Of a stretch of 32,000 nt of DNA, positions 18,037-24,256 are shown piece by piece; position 1 is the stretch's first letter; every line of letters begins with the position of its first letter. The DNA lies in contig JAGVWP010000041.1 in assembly GCA_018304985.1 (NCBI GenBank), forward strand, positions 5,642 to 37,641, given 5' to 3'. Origin of the DNA: Candidatus Pacearchaeota archaeon (GTDB lineage Archaea > Nanobdellota > Nanobdellia > Pacearchaeales > GW2011-AR1). The translations under genes and the position numbers were made by a program. Below the pieces are notes generated by a model. It ran no database searches, was not told the DNA's origin, and was given only the letters and a program-made list of their open reading frames with translations.

Positions 18037-19473
18037 TTATTGTCTTTTTAGCCTTTTGAAAAATCCTTTATTTTCACTTTTTTCTTGTTTAACTGGTTGA
18101 ATATTTAACTCTTCAATTAAAGGTTCTTGTATTCTTTCCTGCATTCCAACAGAATCTTGCCTATCTATATCGTGAACTTCCATGAAATACAGCAGTTCAG
18201 AAGTATTTTTCTCAATTTCTCTCGATGTTGTAGCGCTTTTAATCAAAGGAATTTTATTCAATCCGGGAATGCCTCTGTTAACGGATTTATATCGGGTGTT
18301 TGTTGATGTTCCTATAAGATAGGTTGCCCCATTTTGCAAACAAAATTCAGATGTAAGATTTGCTTCTCTAAACACAGGCACTTGTTCTTTGCCTACTAAG
18401 GCAATTGATTCGCCTGATTTTGCTTCAAGTAATTTTATTGTTGTAAAACCCTTTTCATTTGCGAAGGGAGATAATTTTAATTGCGGGCCGACTTCCCGGT
18501 ATTGCGTTCCTATAACAATTGCTGCTGCAGGAGTTAAAGAGGTTTGTTGGTATGGCACGGCATTAATATTTCTAAATTCTGCAGTTGTTCCATTTGAAAC
18601 AATAACATCTGTATCAGATAAGGTTTCTGTTCTTCCATGGCTGTCAAGGAATTTTATCGCGCCCTCATATGTCCACTTGTTAGGCGCTCTTCCCAAAATT
18701 GTAAAATTTCCGTTTCCATCTTTGTTGAGAAATGGATTAACAGAAATACCTGTTGTTAATGGATTGCCTTGAGGGTTGCTTGGCAACAACAAGCTAAAAG
18801 CACTCATGCCATTTTTCAAAATTTTCAAGGCCATATCTCTATCATAAGTATTATCATTAAAATATTCCACTATTTTTAGCCTTATCCTTATTTGTTTAGG
18901 TTCTATATCAAAATTATTAATTAATCTTGAAATTAAGCCAAAATTTTCCCCGAATTTAACATCCTGCCCCCGAAATAACAGCATATTTTGTGAAGGATAA
19001 GGAGTTATTTCAACATCCGGGGCTGGCGGGAGGTATTTAGCAAGAATAGCTGCAATATCTGGAGCAGCATTTCTGCAGCGATATGAAATTAAAACATCGC
19101 CCTTGCCATCGTTATTTCCGTCTAAATCAATATAATTCGCATTAATCTCTGGTATAAAAAATGCTCCATTGTTTTTTGCCTCCGGTGTTTCTCCCTGAAG
19201 ATATGCCCTGTTATTTGCAATTGTATATGGATGGGAAGTTGCATGCCTTGATTCATCATTATGGAGTTTTTGAGACGCCTCATTCATCGCTGGAGGCTCT
19301 AAATTCAAGTTTTCATCATTTCTTAAAACTTCATGAACCGGATCATTTAATGCGCTGCTTAAATACTTAACTTCATCTTTTAGATTTCTAAAAGTCGCGC
19401 AACCTGCAAAAGTGTAAATCATCAAGCCAGCCAATCCTGTTGAAATACCTTTTTTAACTCGGCCTGTTATCAT
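18037..19473 (-). CDS. secretin-family (GspD/PilQ/CpaC-like) lipoprotein candidate
   Basis: 478 aa. N-terminal hydrophobic stretch ends in the lipobox-like TFAGC. FDIEPKQIRIRLKIVEY matches the LD..QV.IE..IVEV boundary motif. C-terminal blocks IKFLDSHGRTETLSDTDVIVSNGTTAEFRNINAVPY, YREVGPQLKLSPF, VPVFREANLTSEFCLQNGATYLIG and NRGIPGLNKIPLIKS...NTSELLYFMEV follow the order of secretin-domain blocks. Confidence 0.65.
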   Translation of the reverse strand: MITGRVKKGISTGLAGLMIYTFAGCATFRNLKDEVKYLSSALNDPVHEVLRNDENLNLEPPAMNEASQKLHNDESRHATSHPYTIANNRAYLQGETPEAKNNGAFFIPEINANYIDLDGNNDGKGDVLISYRCRNAAPDIAAILAKYLPPAPDVEITPYPSQNMLLFRGQDVKFGENFGLISRLINNFDIEPKQIRIRLKIVEYFNDNTYDRDMALKILKNGMSAFSLLLPSNPQGNPLTTGISVNPFLNKDGNGNFTILGRAPNKWTYEGAIKFLDSHGRTETLSDTDVIVSNGTTAEFRNINAVPYQQTSLTPAAAIVIGTQYREVGPQLKLSPFANEKGFTTIKLLEAKSGESIALVGKEQVPVFREANLTSEFCLQNGATYLIGTSTNTRYKSVNRGIPGLNKIPLIKSATTSREIEKNTSELLYFMEVHDIDRQDSVGMQERIQEPLIEELNIQPVKQEKSENKGFFKRLKRQ

Positions 19474-19527
19474 TTTTATTTAATGAATCTTTTATCTTTA
19501 GTGTTATCATTTTTCAGAGGCACTTGG

Positions 19528-19536
19528 TATTTAAAC
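19528..19536 (-). promoter_or_regulatory. candidate TATA box for the secretin-like gene
   Basis: Minus-strand GTTTAAATA lies ~55-60 nt upstream of the ATG at 19473. Confidence 0.3.
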
Positions 19537-19762
19537 ACTTATAGGCATAAAAATATGCTTTTCAGTGAGGTATATTTTGTTATTGAAAATCAATGAAAAC
19601 AAAAAGTATATTGTGGGAAGTATATATTGGGAAGCATATTATCATTAATATACAACTTAAAAATATTGAAAGATAACTAAATATTATTCTAGAAAGGAGT
19701 CAGGATTGTTTAGAAAATTCTTTTAGGTAATTTATATATGGTTAGATAATTAAATTAATATA

Positions 19763-19798
19763 TTCTGAAAATATTGCAATAATTTTACCTGACTTATT
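19763..19798 (+). repeat. element-2 copy
   Basis: TTCTGAAAATATTGCAATAATTTTACCTGACTTATT. Confidence 0.6.
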
Positions 19799-19852
19799 CA
19801 ATGTATTATGTAAGTTTAATTAGTTAATCAATAAGTATCAGCTACTTACCCT

Positions 19853-19889
19853 AATAAATCAGGCAAAGGTATGGGGTGATATCAGAAAT
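19853..19889 (-). repeat. element-2 copy, inverted relative to 19763-19798
   Basis: Reverse complement is ATTTCTGATATCACCCCATACCTTTGCCTGATTTATT. Its CCTGA(C/T)TTATT arm is complementary to the arm at 19786-19798. Confidence 0.6.
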
Positions 19890-19950
19890 TAATTTTAAAA
19901 ATATTATAATAATTTCTTTATGATATTACACTCGCAAAAACTTCAGCACA

Positions 19951-19960
19951 AGATTTAAAA
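19951..19960 (+). promoter_or_regulatory. BRE/TATA of rps12 (AGATTTAAAA)
   Basis: The TATA box ends 24 nt before the ATG at 19984, consistent with a leaderless or near-leaderless transcript. Confidence 0.55.
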
Positions 19961-19983
19961 ACCATCCTCAATTGTGTAGAATT

Positions 19984-20406
19984 ATGGGGTTAATGAATGC
20001 TAGAAAAATCATAAAGAAAAGCAATAAATTTAGATGGAGAGAGCATAAATATAAATCCAGAATGCTTAATCTTTATGCTAAAGCAGATCCTTTAGAAGGA
20101 GCTAGCCAAGCCAAAGGATTAGTAATTGAAAAAGTCCAAAAAGAAGCAAAACAACCAAATTCTGCGATGAGAAAATGTTGCAAAGTGCAGCTGACTAAAA
20201 ACGCCAAGACAGTTACTGCATTTATTCCTGGCAATTTAGCGCAGAGATTTATTGATGAGCATGATGAAGTTGTAATAGAAAGAATTGGCGGAAAGCAGGG
20301 AAGAACAAAAGGAGATATTCCGGGAGTCAGATTTCAAGTTATAAAAGTAAATGACCAACCTTTAAGACTATTAGTTAAAGGGAAGATAGAAAAGGGAAGA
20401 AGATAA
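19984..20406 (+). CDS. rps12: 30S ribosomal protein S12
   Basis: [45 protein letters not shown]...[27 protein letters not shown] is the archaeal S12 pattern. Start placed at the first ATG; the ORF track starts at a TTG at 19972. Confidence 0.93.
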   Translation: MGLMNARKIIKKSNKFRWREHKYKSRMLNLYAKADPLEGASQAKGLVIEKVQKEAKQPNSAMRKCCKVQLTKNAKTVTAFIPGNLAQRFIDEHDEVVIERIGGKQGRTKGDIPGVRFQVIKVNDQPLRLLVKGKIEKGRR

Positions 20407-20410
20407 AAAT

Positions 20411-20450
20411 AAAAAGAACCTACGGTTCTCTTTATGAACTCTCCCTTGAG
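20411..20450 (+). repeat. motif-1 copy F, just after the rps12 stop
   Basis: AAAAAGAACCTACGGTTCTCTTTATGAACTCTCCCTTGAG, with the perfect hairpin AGAACC-TAC-GGTTCT. Confidence 0.6.
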
Positions 20451-20652
20451 AAAAATAAAAAAACGAAAAATAAATATTCAAATGAGACATATCAGAGAAA
20501 TTACTCATGAATATGAAACAGCATTTAAAGGATATATTGAAGGCAAATCAATATTTTATATTGATAGGAAAGAAAATAAAGCAATGGAAAGGGCTTCAGA
20601 ATATGAGGAGTATATGAGATCATTAAATAATAATACAAAAGACGAATATTAA
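20434..20652 (+). CDS. hypothetical 72-aa protein between rps12 and rps7
   Basis: ORF only. Its ATG lies inside motif-1 copy F (alternative ATG at 20482), and its stop lies 1 nt before the rps7 ATG. Confidence 0.35.
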   Translation: MNSPLRKIKKRKINIQMRHIREITHEYETAFKGYIEGKSIFYIDRKENKAMERASEYEEYMRSLNNNTKDEY

Positions 20653-20653
20653 A

Positions 20654-21286
20654 ATGGAACAAACACATGAACAAACTGAAAAACAAGACAAAGAAAAAAT
20701 GATGGTATTTGACCTATATGATATAAACGAAGTTTCGGTTAATGATGCTGGCTTGAAAAATATAATTAATCTTGATTTCAAGCTTGTTATCAAGTCAAGA
20801 GGAAAAATAAGAGAAAGATTTGGAAAAACAAAAGTTAATATTATTGAGAGACTTATTAATTATATTGCAGTTCCTGGCCACAGAGGAAAAAAGCATAAAG
20901 TAATTACAAGCTGGGCAAGCGGAAAATATAATTCAAATACAGATATTGTTCTTGCAGCATTTAAAATAATTAACGAGAAAACAAAACAAAATCCTATACA
21001 GGTTTTAGTTAATGCTATTGAAAAAGGATCACCAAGAGATGAAGTTACAATGATTCAGTATGGAGGAGCAAGATATCCGCAAGCTGTTGACTGCTCGCCA
21101 CATAGAAGAGTATCACTTGCAATAAGAAATATTGTTCATGGCGCGCAGGACAAGGCATTTAACAAGAAAAAAAAGTTTTCTCAGACACTTGCAGAAGAGA
21201 TAATTGCAACTGCAAACAGCTCGGGAGACAGCTTTGCATATTCAAAAAAGAACGATCTTGAAAAGCAGGCTGACGGGGCGAGATAA
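20654..21286 (+). CDS. rps7: 30S ribosomal protein S7
   Basis: IIERLINYI..PGHRGKK, NPIQVLVNAIEKGSPRDEVT.IQYGGARYPQAVD.SP.RRV.LAIRNI and a C-terminal KK.DLEKQA matching the archaeal S7 pattern. Confidence 0.93.
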   Translation: MEQTHEQTEKQDKEKMMVFDLYDINEVSVNDAGLKNIINLDFKLVIKSRGKIRERFGKTKVNIIERLINYIAVPGHRGKKHKVITSWASGKYNSNTDIVLAAFKIINEKTKQNPIQVLVNAIEKGSPRDEVTMIQYGGARYPQAVDCSPHRRVSLAIRNIVHGAQDKAFNKKKKFSQTLAEEIIATANSSGDSFAYSKKNDLEKQADGAR

Positions 21287-21304
21287 AAAATCTGAAAAAG
21301 TTTA

Positions 21305-21399
21305 ACTTAATCGTGGGGAGTTAATCCTTATGATTAAGTATCTCGTGGGGTCCTCGAACCTTAGGTTCAAGTCTCCAAAATCTCATCGACGCTGAGATT
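21305..21399. other. relatively GC-rich structured spacer between convergent rps7 and HEPN genes (ncRNA or terminator candidate)
   Basis: Stem ACTTAATC/GATTAAGT (21305-21312 / 21332-21339). Duplicated TCGTGGGG (21311, 21343). GAACC-TTA-GGTTC (21355-21367, motif-1-like). AATCTCA-TCGACGC-TGAGATT (21379-21399). Confidence 0.35.
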
Positions 21400-21438
21400 C
21401 AGGGAGTACTTAACTTCTTATTTTTGCAGAGTTTAACA

Positions 21439-21930
21439 TTAACTCACCAACTTCACAAAATTATCCCTAGCAGAATTAACTTTTTCATTACTTAATTCAC
21501 TTATTAATAACTTCATTTTAACTAAAAAATCTTCGGTTTTTAAGATCATTTCATTGCATGATTCTTTAGTTACCTTAACTATTTGCTGAGTTTCTACATA
21601 ATATTGTTTGTCTATTCTTTCTTCTTTAGCCCAAGAAATTATTTTTACTAGTCCTTTATTTTCAGATAATTTATCAAATAGAATTATTGATGCAGAATGA
21701 TTCTCAGATTTAATTCCAATTTTGAATAATAAAGATAGTAATGAATTATACATACAATAATAAGCTTCAGAAGTGGAATTCTCGTAAAGTTGGCTCTGAA
21801 ATAATATCTTTGCCGATTTAAGACAGTTATCTGCTTTAATCAGATAGGAAGATTTCATCTCTTCTGAAGATTCGACAAGTTCAATTACTCCTTTTCTTTT
21901 AAGCTTCTTTAAAAAATTCAACTCTTTCAT
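21439..21930 (-). CDS. HEPN-domain protein (putative toxin of an MNT-HEPN pair)
   Basis: 163-aa helical ORF, 32-nt overlap with the upstream NTase gene. The region KSAKILFQSQLYENSTSEAYYCMYNSLLSLLFKIGIKSENHS resembles PF05168-type HEPN proteins. Confidence 0.55.
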   Translation of the reverse strand: MKELNFLKKLKRKGVIELVESSEEMKSSYLIKADNCLKSAKILFQSQLYENSTSEAYYCMYNSLLSLLFKIGIKSENHSASIILFDKLSENKGLVKIISWAKEERIDKQYYVETQQIVKVTKESCNEMILKTEDFLVKMKLLISELSNEKVNSARDNFVKLVS

Positions 21931-22468
21931 AAAAATCCTCCAACCCTCTTATAATTATATGATTCTTTATAATTTCTTTAATTAATAAAGATTTAGTATC
22001 AAATTTCCCTATTTTAATACTCAATTTAGAATTTATATCTTTCACGCTATTTTTTATATTATTATCATTAGTTTCTAAATAAATATCAATATCACTTTCC
22101 TTCTTTGGAACTCCTTTAGCATAACTTCCAAATAAGATTATCATTCCTTTTGAGAAATCTTTTTTAATATCCTCTAAAATTATGGATAATTCTGGATGTT
22201 TTTTCAATAGACTATTTAATTTGTGAATTTCAGCAGAATAAATATAATTTTTAGATTTTAAATTATTTTTAATAAAAAATATTTTATTTTTACCTTCTTT
22301 CTTATAATCTAAGACATTCTCCTTTAATAATTCATTAATTTTTCTTAGGATTGTGGAGTGGGATTCATTGAGAGTTCTTGCTATCTCTCTTAGATGAGAT
22401 TTATTCTTTAACAAAACCAATATTATTTCTAATTCTAAATTGTTCTTATTTTGAACCATATGTATCAT
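21899..22468 (-). CDS. winged-helix HTH fused to a minimal nucleotidyltransferase (MNT-type antitoxin)
   Basis: N-terminal ArsR-like wHTH (SHLREIARTLNESHSTILRKINELLKENVL) followed by the NTase signature MIILFGSYAKGVPKKESDIDIYL. Confidence 0.7.
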   Translation of the reverse strand: MIHMVQNKNNLELEIILVLLKNKSHLREIARTLNESHSTILRKINELLKENVLDYKKEGKNKIFFIKNNLKSKNYIYSAEIHKLNSLLKKHPELSIILEDIKKDFSKGMIILFGSYAKGVPKKESDIDIYLETNDNNIKNSVKDINSKLSIKIGKFDTKSLLIKEIIKNHIIIRGLEDFYERVEFFKEA

Positions 22469-22566
22469 TTATGAACCAACACTATATAAATCTTTCTTAT
22501 TCAATTTAGGAAAACTCGTGGTGGCGTTTAACTAAATTATTTATACTTCCTCTTCTTATATTTTTA

Positions 22567-23073
22567 ATGAAAAACTCTAAAAAACAAATGTTCCAAAAAG
22601 CAACATTTGCCGGAGGTTGCTTCTGGGGAATGGAATACCAATTTCAAAAATTAAATGGAATTGTGCAAACAAGGGTTGGATATACTGGAGGAAAAACAAA
22701 AAATCCAACTTACGAGCAGGTTTGTTCAGATAAATCCGGGCATGCTGAAGCCGTGGAGGTTACGTTTGATTCAGAAAAAATAAGTTATGAAAAACTGCTT
22801 GAAGTTTTCTGGAAAAGCCATGATCCGACAACAATGAACATGCAGTGGCCAGATATTGGCTCGCAGTATAGAAGCGCAATATTTTATCATAATATTGAAC
22901 AGAAAAAAGCTGCTGAGAAATCACTTAAGGAGATTCAGAAAAAGATTACTAAAAAGATAGTTACTGAAATAACAAAGGCCAGTGAATTTTATGCTGCTGA
23001 AGAGCATCATCAGGATTATGTTAAAAATCATGGCGTTGGAAGCTGTCATATTGCCAGGAATCCTTATCTTTAA
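22567..23073 (+). CDS. msrA: peptide-methionine (S)-S-oxide reductase
   Basis: Active-site motif GGCFWGMEY, plus GYTGG...NPTYEQVCS..SGHAEAV.V.FD and HDPTT. Confidence 0.93.
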   Translation: MKNSKKQMFQKATFAGGCFWGMEYQFQKLNGIVQTRVGYTGGKTKNPTYEQVCSDKSGHAEAVEVTFDSEKISYEKLLEVFWKSHDPTTMNMQWPDIGSQYRSAIFYHNIEQKKAAEKSLKEIQKKITKKIVTEITKASEFYAAEEHHQDYVKNHGVGSCHIARNPYL

Positions 23074-23117
23074 TCAGTTATATAAATATTTAAATACCAA
23101 TTTTAATTATAATATTT

Positions 23118-23903
23118 ATGAGTGTTATTTTAGTTTGCCCACAAAAGGAACAAAAAGAAACTTCTTCTGATTTTATAATGAGATTAGCCCATACAGCTTA
23201 CAGAGGCAAAGATCAAGAAAGAGGACTGGCTAAATTAACGCTAATGCTTATGGCTTTAGAAGAACTAGATGATCCTAATCCTTCAGATGAAAGAAATTAT
23301 GTCAAGGGCGTTAAAAGAGGTTTAGCAGTTTATAATCTTTCTGAAAGTGTTTTTAGAGATTTAGAATTAAATCCTTATGGAGAATCTCCTTCATTAGTAA
23401 ATCGTTTTTCAGTGATGGATTCATTTGCAGTATTTGGAAAATTAAAGCCCTCTAATTTTTATGCCGGAGCAATTCTTGATTTTTTTCAAGACAAACCATC
23501 AAAAACTACTACATTTGCACAATATACTTCAAGAAAAAGTGTTAGAGAATTAGCTTCTGAAGTATTTGGATTTAAAAATGTAAATGGAAAACCAGCTTAT
23601 ATTGGAAAGGGTTTTAGTAATGAAAGAATAGATTTAGAAAAATATGGGGAACCAAAAAATATTAATGCTATTGTGGCAAGAGGAGAAATCTTGTTTCGTA
23701 GAAGTAGAACACAAAATGAAGTAACAAAAGGATTAATGAATTTAGTTAGCCAGTATGATGATTTTAGCCCTGAAAGATATGCTCTAATGACCTATGATTT
23801 TGAAATTGATTTTCCTATTGATGGAAGTGAAAAATTTCATAAAGGATTTGATAAAGTTATAAAACGAGTATATTCTACATTTGAAGTAAAGAAGGCTGCT
23901 TAG
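23118..23903 (+). CDS. hypothetical protein (261 aa), no recognisable family
   Basis: Long ORF with window-typical codon usage. No TM segment and no motif I can place. An alternative start is M21. Confidence 0.5.
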   Translation: MSVILVCPQKEQKETSSDFIMRLAHTAYRGKDQERGLAKLTLMLMALEELDDPNPSDERNYVKGVKRGLAVYNLSESVFRDLELNPYGESPSLVNRFSVMDSFAVFGKLKPSNFYAGAILDFFQDKPSKTTTFAQYTSRKSVRELASEVFGFKNVNGKPAYIGKGFSNERIDLEKYGEPKNINAIVARGEILFRRSRTQNEVTKGLMNLVSQYDDFSPERYALMTYDFEIDFPIDGSEKFHKGFDKVIKRVYSTFEVKKAA

Positions 23904-23908
23904 TTTTA

Positions 23909-23935
23909 TTCTGAAAATATATAGAACTGACAATT
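23909..23935 (+). repeat. element-2 partial copy directly after the stop of the 23118 ORF
   Basis: TTCTGAAAATATATAGAACTGACAATT. Confidence 0.4.
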
Positions 23936-24015
23936 AAACTAGAGTAGCTTAAGATGTTAAAATAGGTTTAAATTTATCTAAATGAGAAATTTAGTGTTGT
24001 AGAGATTCAAAATTG

Positions 24016-24050
24016 TTTTGAAAACATACCATATTTCTACCTGATTTATT
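24016..24050 (+). repeat. element-2 copy
   Basis: TTTTGAAAACATACCATATTTCTACCTGATTTATT. Confidence 0.6.
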
Positions 24051-24130
24051 GGAGTAAGTTCCTAGTTTTAGTTTAATTTTAATTTTAATTTAATATCTAG
24101 AAAAATAGTTTTTATTAAACAAAACAATAA

Positions 24131-24139
24131 GATTTAAAA
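24131..24139 (+). promoter_or_regulatory. candidate BRE/TATA of aEF-2 (AAGATTTAAAAAC)
   Basis: Nearly identical to the rps12 promoter box. It implies a ~95-nt leader. An alternative proximal box ATTATAAATAA lies at 24232-24241. Confidence 0.4.
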
Positions 24140-24256
24140 ACTATTTTTCTTACAAGTTATAATATAGATGGCTTAAGTTAAGTTATAACTATTAAACTGA
24201 GATTATGTTATCTTATCATATTATAGAATAAATTATAAATAAGAGAGTAATAAAAA

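Noticed and set aside
18389-19370. + strand ORFs 18389-18772 and 19161-19370
   Set aside because: Antisense to the secretin-like ORF, whose conserved block order supports the minus-strand frame.
19972-19983. TTG start giving MCRIMGL... for rps12
   Set aside because: The ATG at 19984 sits 24 nt downstream of the AGATTTAAAA box (leaderless geometry), and the extra residues are not part of S12 alignments as I recall them.
22982-23170. 62-aa ORF bridging the msrA end and the next gene
   Set aside because: Overlaps the msrA C-terminus out of frame as well as the start of the 23118 ORF. No support.
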